A stretch of DNA of 62,249 bases, the filler included, from Sphacelaria rigidula (lineage: Eukaryota), in the NCBI GenBank assembly GCA_964200075.2. It is 2 parts of 2 records of this genome, joined end to end, with 100 filler letters (N's around TTAATTAATTAA, not from the genome) between each part and the next. Parts side by side here need not be neighbours in the genome. Positions count along the whole stretch, not along the records: positions 1 to 31,124 come from CAXNAA020000051.1; positions 31,225 to 62,249 come from CAXNAA020000052.1. The stretch is one strand, 5' to 3'. The notes beneath the pieces are model-generated. The model did no database searches. It saw only the letters and a program-made list of their open reading frames with translations, and had not been told where the DNA came from. This document shows, piece by piece, positions 1 to 36,001 of the stretch (position 1 is the first letter of the stretch; every line of letters starts with the position of its first letter). The position numbers were made by a program, and so were the translations under genes.

Positions 1-232
1 TGGGTACACAAAATTCGACTTAACGGTCGACGAGAGAAAGGGACTGCTGTACCCCTCTCGCGATAAAAAAATAAAGGCAAGCACTGCAGAAGGAAGGTGG
101 AGTACTAAAAACAAACAAAAAATAAACAGCTCCTGTGTTGACCTTTCTTCTGTGTGACCCCGGCTGGTGCGTCCACATATACCGAAAGGTATAGACTGGT
201 GCCCAGAATAAATGGGACGACATAACACACAT
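1..232 (-). repeat. Dispersed ~230-bp repeat, inverted copy at 35160-35390
   Basis: Shared TACACCTTTCGGTATATGTGG...AGGTCAACACAG...CTCGTCGAC; the two spurious ORFs are near-identical. Confidence 0.8.
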
Positions 233-690
233 AATGGAATATGACGCTCTCATTGTGAGACATACATTAGTTCTTCACATTCCCACAGTGATCCGTCCAC
301 CTATAGTCCACCTGAGGGTGTCTGGCGCTCAGAGCGTTCAACGACAAAACGTCCGACGGCATTGCCGGCTCAGTTTTTCCAAAATATGATATTTGATGCA
401 TACAAGACTTTGACAGCGTCATCTGCGGTGCAGACCTCGATCGTTTTTTGCTGATGCAGGATGTACTCTGTATGCTTGTACCTTGAAAACTTCTCTAGGT
501 ATTATACGTCAGAAATGATAGTTTGACCCTTCAGGGTCACCTTCTTTACATGATTCGCAATTTTTTACCGTTACAGCGAGTGCTTGGTCCGTTATAGGGC
601 TCTCTTTGACTTGCCGGGAACATATCAGATGAATTATTTTGCGCCGCAAAAGGAGCATGATCTGTTGGATGTACATCGTTCGTATATACC

Positions 691-24934
<24,244 letters not shown>

Positions 24935-25451
24935 CGCTGTAAGTGCGGTGCAGGCAGACAGACCGCTGGGGATAAACGTCATTACGGTTCGCTCATGTTC
25001 TTTAGGTTATGCGGTTGCTTCTCTGCAGCAAAGCCAACAGGTTCGAGGCATCGATCACCATGTCCCGAAGTCGGGATCACTGTTCACCGTTAGACAGCTT
25101 GATGAGTTGAAACGTGCACTCTTGGTGTTCCGCATAGATTAGCCTTGCGTGAGGAAAAAAAGCGGCTAGCCGGAGGGCATTGTCTATAGCTTGCGCTTCG
25201 ACGAGCCGCAAAGAGCACCTCTTCATTCTCCACGATAATTTTACGGGCGTCTTTGTGCTTGTTTCTGCCATGTTGCATGACGCTTGGCTGGGTTGAGCAA
25301 CATCGTGATTATCCTGAGCACTGGTCTGTCGCCACCAAAAAAATGGTCTCGCTCGGTTCTGTTTTCGTGTCACGGGCTGTGGACGGTCTGCCCTGAAAAG
25401 GACTCACCGTTGTACCGTACCCTATACCGTGTCACGCGGTTTCGAGCAAAA

Positions 25452-25699
25452 ATGCTACGGTAGGGGTGCACTTTTTGCGCAAAATCTTGTCTGGTTGAGG
25501 GGCTCCTAACGAGTCTAGATTGCACAAGACTATGGGTCAGGGCATCCCTGCTTGCAAATTCAATCGGGGTATCCCCAGCACATTGGAATAGTAATCCTGG
25601 TGTACTCTCACATATTTTCAAGAGTCGTGTTTTGGGTGAGATAAAGGGCTCCTAACAATTCTAGCCCCAGAAAATGTATGTGCACCCCTACCGTAGCAT
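25452..25699. mobile_element. ~248-bp MITE, copy 1
   Basis: Perfect TIR ATGCTACGGTAGGGGTGCA; second copy at 55439-55683. Confidence 0.85.
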
Positions 25700-27672
25700 C
25701 ACTCTCCTGTATTCGTGTGGCAAGCGTTTCCATCTAGAGCTCCTGTAGTTAGTTGTCAATGAGATGTAGGATACAGTAGGAGCGGAAATTGGCATATCTG
25801 GCCGCGGTTGTGAGTCAGAGGACTGGGGCACATGAGCTTCACACGATGACGGAAGCTCTGGAACCTGTCCAAGGATCTCTGATGTGCGTTCCTCTCTTTT
25901 CTTCGAAATGGTGAGGTAGAGCAAGAAGGCAAAGAACTCGACGACAGAGACGTCTAAAATAGTGCAGCTGGCTGAACGAATTCGTAGTCTACCAGCCAAG
26001 CTGGAGGGAGGACGGGTAGCACAGGCAAGGATGTGCAGACTTGGTACCTGGTCAAGGTCAACCACTGAGTTTGAGGGTAAGGGAAACAGCCTAGCGGGAA
26101 ATTCGGTGTTTGTTTCAACCCTTGACCAGCCGGGCTCTATGTCGGATACCAGGTGGACGACATTCGGGAGGGTTTCAATCGTAGCTTTTTTCATGGGGAG
26201 ATCATGCTTGCATAGAAAAGGCCATTGCTACGTGTATGTGGTGCGTCAATCATTCGTGCATAATCTACGGTCGGTGTCACACGGGCATTACAGTTTGGTA
26301 CTGTGAAGCACTTGCGGTGATGGCCCCGAAGGTACTTGTGGCCATGTATGTACGAAGCTTTTCGCGCACAGCGGAATAAATGCAGGAAGGAAAAACGCGT
26401 GACTTCGCCTCCCTCAAGATATGGCAAAGAGCTACTGCGCGCCTTTCGGCTAGAAGTTGTAGTTTTGTGCAACGCAAGCTAGTCACCCACGTTTGAAATC
26501 ATTAGCTTTCACACAAAAGTGCATACTGTAGGAAGATCAGACATCACCAAAGCATGGATACGAGAGTTGGACGGGAAAAGTCACGTCAAGCAAAGGAATA
26601 AATAATAATAAAAAAGGGACAATCAGACGCCGGACAGACATACGCATGGGAAGACGTCATCTGAAGTCTACAAAACTAAGCGACAAATCGGCTACATATC
26701 CATTTAGCGTCCACCTACGCCTGCGGGAACCATTCTCCGAAACTTCCCTGTGAGGAACACTCCGAACAACTAGCACAGGCGGTTGAAGGGTGGGCCTGCG
26801 GCCACTAACTCGCCTGCGCAGACCCGCGACAACCCGCACCACCACTGTAAATACTGTTCCCCCCTAGCTTCGTCGCCAACCCCCACGCCTGCACACCTAC
26901 ACATCTCCTTGCATGAGAACAGCTAAACAAACCCTCCAGTTGTACGCCATCCTGTCGAGCTACACAGCCTCGTCGTGAGAACCAGAAACAGCCGCCATAA
27001 TATTCTACTTCCCTATCAACAAGCCACCGCTACCGAACCACGGTACATCGTGTTTGACCTCCACCCCAGCAGACAGCTTCGAGCCGCGGATTATGACACG
27101 GGACTTTTCCCATTACTGTACAGCAAAGGTAGAGTTGTGACACGTTCATGACCACGAACAGGGGAAGCCATGAAGGTATTTCAATGCTCAATTATCCACA
27201 CTTGTCGTGAGAAGTTGACTTGAACCTACCAAGTTTTGCTAATTGCTTACTGCTGCTGCCTGTTGCCCGTCCTCTTCTGCGCCCTTGTCTTTCCTTCTGT
27301 TCTGCAGCCGCATCTTGCTCCCTCCTCCGCACGCCCTTAATGCGTCTTCTGGGTGCACACATTTTCCTAGCACACTAGGCGCATATCGAGGAAACTTCTA
27401 CCTGCAGCACACAAATTGAAAACTTACAGTCTGGGGCAATTTCGCTTTCCAATATTGTTTCTTTCGTAGTCATTGCTTAACGATGAAATCCGGTGTAATA
27501 GTCATCATCCGACACTGAGCTGACCGCTTCAGCCGATATTTTCATCGCGGCTTTGATGCGGCTACCTCGAAATCTACAAGTCGGGCTCTATATACTTGGT
27601 GTGAACGAAAGCATGAATAAATGGCAATTTGACAAATGTCACGTTGTCCCAAGGGGTGAAAATCTACGAACA

Positions 27673-27897
27673 TCAAATCACGTCCACGACACCCCCCCGT
27701 GCCGAGCCAGTCATTCCCATCCCACCCATTGCGCCTCCCTTGCCGACGGAAACCCCAGCCCCCGACCGCTCCCCGGGATCGCCCTCCATGAGATCGGCGT
27801 TTGCTAAATACTCTCCTGTAAACATGCTATTTTCAAAGCCTTGTGGGAAGGTCCCAGGTCGAATTTCGCTCACGCACTCCTCTAGGTCTGACAAATC
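27673..27897 (-). CDS. purF: purF terminal exon
   Basis: cag|DLSDLEECV...[11 protein letters not shown]...stop. Confidence 0.87.
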   Translation of the reverse strand, partial: DLSDLEECVSEIRPGTFPQGFENSMFTGEYLANADLMEGDPGERSGAGVSVGKGGAMGGMGMTGSARGGVVDVI

Positions 27898-30861
27898 CTG
27901 GGAAAAAAGGGCAGAGACAGACACAGGGAAAGAAGATACTTCAGGAGTGTTCCTGCTCAATAGACTCCTCGGTCAACTTCAGCTGACTCTAATGCACCAC
28001 CACATATACTATGTACTGCGGATACATTTTTCGATGCATGTAAGGTGTAAATCTCACTTACGGTCGGACGTGCAGTACACCTAATGGTTGAACAACCTGG
28101 TGGTTCCTGGAGTGAACCATCCGAAACTTACCTAAGGAGAGTAGTAAGCAAGAAACTTCTCAGCACATGATTGAAGTGTGAAGCAACCTCTGCAACGTAC
28201 TGTGCTCAGTTACAGGGAAAATGCGTTGGATGTGCCGATCAAAACGGTTTGGCAAGATTTCTCAGGTGCCCACCATATGCTTGTGTCAGAGGTCGGGGTG
28301 TGCTGCGCGGTACAAAAGGAAGTGGTGGTGCATGAGTGCATTTGGGGGCGGAAACCGTCGTGAAAACACACACTCCAAGGTCAGATACGACCGACCAATC
28401 ACATATCTACTCGAAGACACGAGACGGAAACGCCCAGACTTCAGTTTGAACTCGAACCCAAGCGAGAGGCGAGGCAGAAAATCCGGTCGTTGTGCAATGA
28501 AAACCGCTGGTGAAGCAAAACTTATTTTAAGCCGTATCACTGCCAGCCGTACGCTTTAACGGTGTGGCAGGATGGGAGGATAGTGACACTACCTGGAAGA
28601 CGACAGCGTCTGCTCCAATGGCCTCCGCAATCTCGTTCTCCCCTAGTCCGAAGGCGAGCAGATCAGACTGTCGCGGGAGATCGATACCATAGCAGTTCGG
28701 GTGCCTCACCTGCTTGTTTAAAAAAACAAAATAAACATGCTTGAACAGTAAAACATCGCGTGTGAGAGAAGAGCGGTACACACACACACACACACACATA
28801 CACACAAGCTGGCTGTAAACCACCATCGGGCGGTTGAATGCGCGAGGGGCGACGTGTGCTTTTGGGTTATTGCACTCCAGTAAGGATAGCGGACGTGTGC
28901 ACATGATTACTTTTTCAACGCCAACATTGTTGAGACACGAGACCCGGCTTTTTCAAGAAACAAGACCCCAGCACGCCCAGGGGAAGATACTGTTCGTCTA
29001 CCTCAACGAAGTCCTTTCAAACGACACAACAGTAGACAGTCTGGCCGGTGGAGTTTTCGAGCAATTTTCAAGGTCGGCGGACTCTTACCTCGCGGGTACT
29101 GTATGCCGTTACCCGCGGTACTATAAACTCACCGGAGGGGAGGCCGAGCAAAAGTAAACCTTGCGTGCACCGGCTTCCCGAACAATTTTCACGATTTCCC
29201 TCGACGTAGTTCCGCGCACGATGGAGTCATCCACCAGAAGAACGGAACGCCCTTCCAACACGCACGAAACGGCCGACAGTTTTTTGCGCACGTTTTGCCG
29301 CCGAAACGCCTGTCCAGGCATTATGAACGTTCGCCCTACATACCTGCAGTAGTGCGGTGCGAGTTGGACGAATGGGTGAAGAAGAAAACGACCGGGGAAT
29401 ACGTATTTCTCCTTGGTATGGAGGGAGCAGGAGAGGAGGGGGGTACCCATCATGATGTGGTGAACAGGTTGTGCGGAACGGTTGCCTGCGAGCCCCCAAC
29501 AATCGATGGAGGTTTTGCTTCTGATGCTCGTTGGTGAAGCGCCGTTCCGAATGAATGAGCACATGTGCGCATCGATAAACTACGACGCCGAATCTTGCGT
29601 GTGTATGGCTTGAGGATAGATAGCGAGGACAGCAATATAGAGTTTCAAATTTGATTTAGAGTCGCCCACACGTAAGTGACACAGATGGACGATACACGAA
29701 GACAACTTGCAACAGAGCGGTCTTTGCCTGTTCTTGGCCAGGCCTTCTTCGAATGGCAGACCCAAGGATGCCGCGCAATGCATGGCAGCCACGCGGCTGG
29801 TCTCCGGCACAGGCACCACAACATCAACCTGTTCCAACATGAAACACGGGAAGACGTGTCAGTACCTAGCCAAGATACGTCAGGTCAACAGCTAGAACAA
29901 GTTCGGCGTTTTTGTCGATCGCGGCTGCTCTACAGGAATGACTGTTCTGATGCGATCAATGTGACAACTCAACGTCGTCATCCCGCCTTTCAAACATTGA
30001 GAAAGCCCTGCCATCGTGTTCGCCCCGGTGTCAACGTGTTTGAAAGCCTGCTTACCTCTCCCACCGGCAATATCTCTCTAGCGATCTTCTTTGCTAGCCT
30101 CAACCCCATCGCTTTCCGAGCTGCGTAGACCTGTGGAACAGAGTGGAGGAACGGGTGTCACCAGGCACCAAACGTGACGATGCAGTTCTTGCTACAAACG
30201 AGCACAGACAACACCAACTATGACGAACGATGACGAACGACGACGAATTAAAAAAAACACACACACAAAATAAAACAGAAAAACACATGACTTTTCCCTC
30301 AGTTTTGAATAAGCAAGGAACAGCTCACCATCACCACACCACCATCATGCAGACAAAATACAGAACCAAGACACCGCTCACCGGTACCCCATCCAAGATG
30401 CTGTCCGGACGAGCCATGTACACGTACTCGAACAAGCACGGCTTGAAAGGCACGCCCCTGCGCCCCTCCTCGTCTGCAACTCCGCCAACCCACCTACTAT
30501 ACGGCAACGCAGGCGTGCAATCCCTACTAGATACAGCCCCCGTCCGTACGTCCAAAAACACGGCCTCCCCCGCACCTACATCCCTCCTTATGGAAAACCC
30601 TAAACCTGTAAGCGCGGCCGATTCAGAAGCCACGGCGAGATCCATTTTGCCGGATCCCCCTCCGTCTCCTCCACTGCCGCCTCTTCCAATCAAAACATCG
30701 CTAGTTTGGCCACCGCTCCCGCCACCATCGTATCGGCTTCCGCCGGGACGGGATCCGAGACACAACGGACGCACCCCGTGAGGATCCCGGAATGCCAAAA
30801 TACCGCCTCCGTTTATCAAGACCGTTGCCGCATATCCCCCTCGACATCGCGACATCACCGC
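27673..30861 (-). CDS. purF: Amidophosphoribosyltransferase (glutamine PRPP amidotransferase), 5'-incomplete, last 6 exons
   Basis: Minus-strand exons 30861-30382, 30130-30056, 29828-29728, 29343-29133, 28709-28593, 27897-27673. Motifs: [60 protein letters not shown] (PRPP loop), SASPP, YGID. The N-terminal Cys/QHRGQ/GHVRY/HNG exons were not found in the window. Confidence 0.93.
28593..28709 (-). CDS. purF: purF exon
   Basis: [12 protein letters not shown]...IGADAVVFQ|gtagt. Confidence 0.9.
29133..29343 (-). CDS. purF: purF exon (PRTase core)
   Basis: [11 protein letters not shown]...[14 protein letters not shown]...SASPP|gtgag. Confidence 0.93.
29728..29828 (-). CDS. purF: purF exon (followed by GC donor)
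   Basis: [34 protein letters not shown]|gcaaag. Confidence 0.88.
30056..30130 (-). CDS. purF: purF exon
   Basis: cag|[25 protein letters not shown]|gtaag. Confidence 0.88.
30382..30861 (-). CDS. purF: purF exon (GATase C-part)
   Basis: aag|[11 protein letters not shown]...[14 protein letters not shown]...[19 protein letters not shown]|gtgag; 5' boundary tentative. Confidence 0.88.
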
Positions 30862-31011
30862 CTTTTTAAACGTGCGCCAAAGTTGTGGGAAGTGTCCGGC
30901 GGGGGTAGATGGCGGGGGCAGGGGCACGTCTGACCAAGAGTGCTGATGCCAGGGGGGCGCACTCATTTGCTGCTTACCTTAGTCACTTGCCCACAGGCCA
31001 CGCTGGGGGGG

Positions 31012-31057
31012 TGTACTCATGATCATGCTTGCCATAGTCATCAGACCATTGACCTCG
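31012..31057 (-). mobile_element. 46-bp 5'-truncated C-tailed retroposon copy
   Basis: Perfect 13-bp direct repeat CACGCTGGGGGGG at 30999-31011 and 31058-31070. Confidence 0.82.
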
Positions 31058-31124
31058 CACGCTGGGGGGGGGGGGCGTAACCGTTTTTGGCTTTCCTTAG
31101 GACTTTGGCGATTTACAGCAGAAC

Positions 31125-31224
31125 NNNNNNNNNNNNNNNNNNNNNNNNNNNNNNNNNNNNNNNNNNNNTTAATTAATTAANNNNNNNNNNNNNNNNNNNN
31201 NNNNNNNNNNNNNNNNNNNNNNNN
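31125..31224. other. Artificial scaffold spacer N44-TTAATTAATTAA-N44
   Basis: 100-bp symmetric N block with an all-frame stop linker at 31169-31180. Confidence 0.92.
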
Positions 31225-31561
31225 CACCGTTTGTGTGCTATTTTTTATTCCAGATGTATGTCGTGCTATGAAACGACAAACCTGGCATATATCCGCAATA
31301 TCACTCCAAGGTGTAGTGACCACGAGTACTGTACTGTACTGTACTGTACTGTGAGTACCTGTACTGTTGTCAGGTGCAGACCCCAATCCTATTGTCATTT
31401 TGTTCGTAATCATGTAAGCATCTTTGTTAAAAACGAATCATACTAAAAATGGTACAAACATAGTCAGTAAGGGCAAACGTCAAATAAACTGTATAAACTG
31501 GAGTCCTCCTCACCAGTTCCACTTTAACTGCCAGAACAAACTGGTCCAGTTCACAGCCCTA
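31225..31561. mobile_element. Right end of a second, diverged copy of the same hAT-like element
   Basis: Ends TGGTCCAGTTCACAGCCCTA; matches 39825-39890 and 40350-40560; cut by the gap. Confidence 0.75.
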
Positions 31562-34500
31562 ACGAAAATACTTCACATATATTTTCCCCGTCCTGTTTCG
31601 CCGACTATGGCTATCTATCTCCTGGTATATTCATCGTTTTCTCCCTACTGTCTAATGTATCAAACGATTTCATGTCACCTTCGTTCACATCCTGCATTCC
31701 CCCCCTTTAGCACGTCCCGTTCCTCCTTGAATGATTCACATTCTGCGACTAAATGAGTTCTGTTATCTATTGCTTCGCCACAAGGGCAATTCTGTGCATC
31801 TACTTCCTCCTCCACTCAACTATTGCTGTACCTCTTTCTTCTTTCTGGCAGGTCTCAAGCCCCCGCCCGAAATCGCAGTTTCATTTTTTCGCCGCGTTCA
31901 TTGGGCCATACAGGCATGTTTTCATCTCTATCCCCCCTCTTGACCCCCCGTGTACCTTCAGGTGTTGTTCGTCTACTTTCCACGTGAGAGTGTATTTTTC
32001 CCTTGGTTCCATCATGTCTCTTACTTTTGTCTTGTACCCGCCGCATTGACATCTTGATTTTCTCCTATGTCCTTCCATGCGTTCTCGACTATTCTACCCC
32101 ACCTTTTTCCAGCCGCACTCATTCATGTTGCTTGCCTCAGTCGTTTGATCATTGACCACGCACCCCTTTTGAGACGGAGCACCGTTCCTACTCCTGATGG
32201 ATACACCTCAAACATTCGGGTGCTCATTACGTTTCTTCCTTACATATACAAAAACCGTTTTGCATATATTGTCCCCTCCCTGATTCGCCGTGGGGGAGGG
32301 GGGGGGGGGGGGGGACTCCTTTGTTGCTTGCCTTATAAAAAAAGTCATTTGACCGTTGACCACGCATCCCTTTCGAGACGGAGCACCGTTCCTACTTATC
32401 ATAGATACACCTCTAATATTTCGGTGCTCAGTACGTTTCTTCCATAGAGCTACAGTACATTACACAAAAATATTTTACATATCTTATCCCGGTCCTGTTT
32501 CGCGCGCGCGGGGGGGGGGGGGGGGGGGGGCTTTGGGGGCCCCGGGTTCTTTTGGTATAAAAATAATTGATAACGGGGTTTCCGTGGTGTTGGCCCCCCA
32601 AAAAACAATGGNNNNNNNNNNACAACAACAACAAAAAACTTTTCGCTCTCCCCTCCCCGGCGCGGGTGGCGGGGGGGGGGGGGGGGGGGGGGGGGGGGCT
32701 TTGCGGGCCCAGGTCTACTTTGCTATAATACTAATGCATCACGTAGTTCCATCGTAGTTGGCCCCACAACAATCAATGGCGCTCGCTTGCCTCAATTTTG
32801 TACGCGCTTTTGATAATAAGTACTGTTCCGGAAGAACGATAGTGGAGTGATAACCCCGTACAGCGAAACCATCACACGCTTCTATAGCGTGTTCGTAACT
32901 ACTATGGGGCACATGAAAAGGGAAGAAGAGCGAAATTTCGAAATTTCAGCTCGATACACCACGCAATTGACTTCCTTGACGCAGACGTCTTCACCCGCCG
33001 ACGCATACACGAATCACCCCATAATTTCCTACCTGTTGTGCGCATCGTATACCAGCTTATTCTTAGCTTCCTACACTTGCTCATATTACGCCGCCCCAAT
33101 CCCTGTTGATTAATGTATTTCACTTCGGCTACTTGTGCGTCTAGCGCAGTACAGGTGAACACTTCAGTAAGATAGTATTGTAGTACACATACAGTAGGCT
33201 CGTGATTGCTCCTTGCTGTACTCGCTCTGCGGACAAGTGACATCTTGGGTGTCAACAGCGTGAAGATCGTCTTACTCGGCAAAAACGTGAAGGTGCTCTA
33301 GCATTGCACTACACCGTACATGCCGTTCGGCGTACGCGGCGAACAATACTCTGGGGGTCACGACGAGTTTCTCCTGTATCTGGACCCGTGCAGTTACTGT
33401 ACGCATAGTACCTGTACGAGGATGAGCAAAATCTACAATTTTGGCGAGGAGGCGATCACCAACTTCCACCTGGCCGCCCTGCTGCGCTTTACTACGATCC
33501 TTGAGGCAAGCAAACTCGAACGCTTTGTCTTGTACGAGAAACACATGCTGATGAGCCATGTTTACACCCTCCCCGAAATGAAGCTACACGACCTAGCCTT
33601 CCTCCCGCGCGAAATTTAAATTTCTTGAAAATAGGGGGTATACCCTTCTCGCGACATCGACTCAACGGAGGTACACGAGATCCTTCGTGCGGAGAGAAGG
33701 GGTTATATATGAGCTCAGGTTACTTTATTCCCTCCGTCTCTTCTCTTTTCATGATTTCTGAGTATTCTTCGATATCTCACAGCCGTTTATTGATTGAAGA
33801 TAGCACTCTCTGTCCTGCTCGCATATCGGTCGGAAGAATCGATTAAGCTTTTGCGGGTCTGATTGATGGACGAATATGAAGTACGGTTGGGTTCAACACT
33901 ATGATTCTATATCTCGTTGAAAGAGCCAGTGAGTAACACTACGCCGGACTTTCCCGGCTGTCCGGCTGTCTAGGCTGTTGTGAACGACGCGTATCACAAT
34001 CCTGCATCACGGTACGTACCTCTGTAGCAAGGTTTTTTATTACTGCACGGTAGACCGCAATAAAAACATATCCTTTCATGACAAAACAAGGTCAAACTTC
34101 AGCGTCCGAAGGGACAGGTCCAACCGCTGTCCCCGCCGACAGTGGCAGCGGCAAGGACGGTGCCCACAACAAAGCGGGGCGAGGGGGGCAAGCTAATCGT
34201 GGAAGGGGTGGGCGGGGGAGAGGAAAAGGTGGAGGCGGCGGCGGGCGGGGTCAAGGCACTGGCAAGGGCGGCAGAAGAGCTGGGCAGGGCATTGACCACG
34301 GTGGAGGGGTTCGGTCGAGAAGAGGAGGTAAGGGGCCGCGGGTGAGAGGGGGAAATGTGGGCCCCGGAACATTCGGCTGCGGGCGTTTAGGGTTGGTGTT
34401 CATGGCGTTCAGATTCATGCAGCGGAGGATGCGACGCAGAGGCAAGCAGAATCATAAGAAAGGTCAGTTAGTTCATTTGTCTTACATTTACTGTTCCGTA

Positions 34501-35159
34501 CTGTTGTTTCCTACTGTCTGTACGTTGTACGGTACTGTTGTACTGGGCAAAAGTCCATGGACCTATTCCATCAGTTGTGACGCCGACTCGGAATTCCGCG
34601 TGGCTGTGACTGGGGACCATGTTCTGGGTTGTGCGACAACGTGCTTTGTGATTTATGCTTTCTTTTCCGATCAGCCTTCCCGGGCGAGTGTGTAAGGGGT
34701 TGTAGAGATACTATTCGTGTTGTTGCAGAGGGACAGCTGAAGCGCGCATGTAGGAAAGCGAGGGCTGCATGCTGTTGTCCGCTGCGAAAAAGATCCTCTA
34801 CAACAGTGTATCATGAGAAGTCAAAAAATTGAAAATTGCGTCCAGGAGCTGACGTATTTGAAGTTCAAAGTCTTCCAATAATCAAACTCAGGCCATGACG
34901 CAATCGCCAGGCCGGTCCCATCGTGTGTGTGATCTTGAGAACTTCTGGAACTTCGGAGGGTGTACGGTGGCTTCCTCCATGTCAGCACAATCAGTGATGA
35001 GTTCCGCTGAAAAATGTTGTTGAGTTACTTTGCTCCTGGCATAGAGGGCACTGCTGTCACTTCCATTATAAACAGAAAAACCGGTGGAAGGAGAGTCGCC
35101 AATGCCGGTGCAGCTGGGTAGAACGGGAAGCAAATAATTAAATCATTGCACCTATAACG

Positions 35160-35390
35160 GTGTGTCGTCGTCCCGTTTATTCTGGACGCCGGTCTACACC
35201 TTTCGGTATATGTGGGGGCACCAGTCGGGGTTACACAGGAGGAAGGTCAACACAGAAGTGTTTTTTCTTTTTTTGTTTGTTTTTAGCACCCCATCTTCCT
35301 TCTGCGGTGCTCGCCTTAATTTTTTAATCGTGAGAGGGGTTCAGCTCTCCCTTTCCCTCGTCGACTGTCAAGTCGAATTTTGTTCACCGA
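35160..35390 (+). repeat. Dispersed ~230-bp repeat (copy of 1-232)
   Basis: See 1-232. Confidence 0.8.
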
Positions 35391-35508
35391 CGACATAATC
35401 GCTCTCCACTGTACAGTGTGCCTCCAAAGATATTTTAAACCTCCAACGTGGTATAATAACTGTCGAAGAGGTGCACATCGCAGTCGCTGCAAACGTGAAT
35501 ACGTATCT

Positions 35509-35926
35509 GAGGCCGGATGTTATGGCACACACATTTTTGGCCCACAGATTGTTCACTTTTATGGCGTTTGAGCCACTTTGTGATCCCCAAACAGGGAACA
35601 TCGCCGACACACGTCTTGAACACTTAAAATCACTGTGCAGAGAGGAGCGTAGCCCACTTTTCAGATTCGCTTGGCTCCAACATTTCGAGAGCGGCCGCTG
35701 AACAAAAATCCGTGTGCAACAGAATCTACGGCGATCTCCACAGAATATTGGGCAAACTGGCGGGGGTCGGCAAGCACGGATTTTCGCACACGAATTTTTG
35801 TTCAGCGGCCAATCTTGAAACCTCGGAGCCAAGCGAATCTTAAAAGTGGGCTAGGCTCCTCTCTGTGAGGTGATGAAGAGTGTCCTATGTTGGGCCAGAA
35901 ATCTGTTTGCCATCACATCCGGCCTG
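35509..35926. mobile_element. MITE containing a nested long-TIR MITE (35638-35865)
   Basis: Outer TIR AGGCCGGATGTKATGGCA...TGGCCCA; inner TIR CAGAGAGGAGCSTAGCCCACTTTT...GATTCGCTTGGCTCC (~90 bp imperfect). Confidence 0.8.
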
Positions 35927-36001
35927 TAGACCACGAAATTTTGCACACACATTCTGGAAGGCAGTATCTAAAACTCGAAGAGTTTATTATTATTATTATT
36001 T

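Noticed and set aside
25688-27100. Additional gene between the ATPase and purF
   Set aside because: Short ORFs without recognisable motifs or a coherent exon chain.
32490-32780. Apparent diverged tandem duplication
   Set aside because: The same sequence appears in degraded and clean forms either side of a 10-N gap, consistent with an unmerged overlap artefact.
34078-34695. 205-aa RGG-rich ORF and antisense Pro-rich ORFs as purF 5' exons
   Set aside because: Low-complexity GC-skewed DNA with no PurF motifs and no supportable homology.
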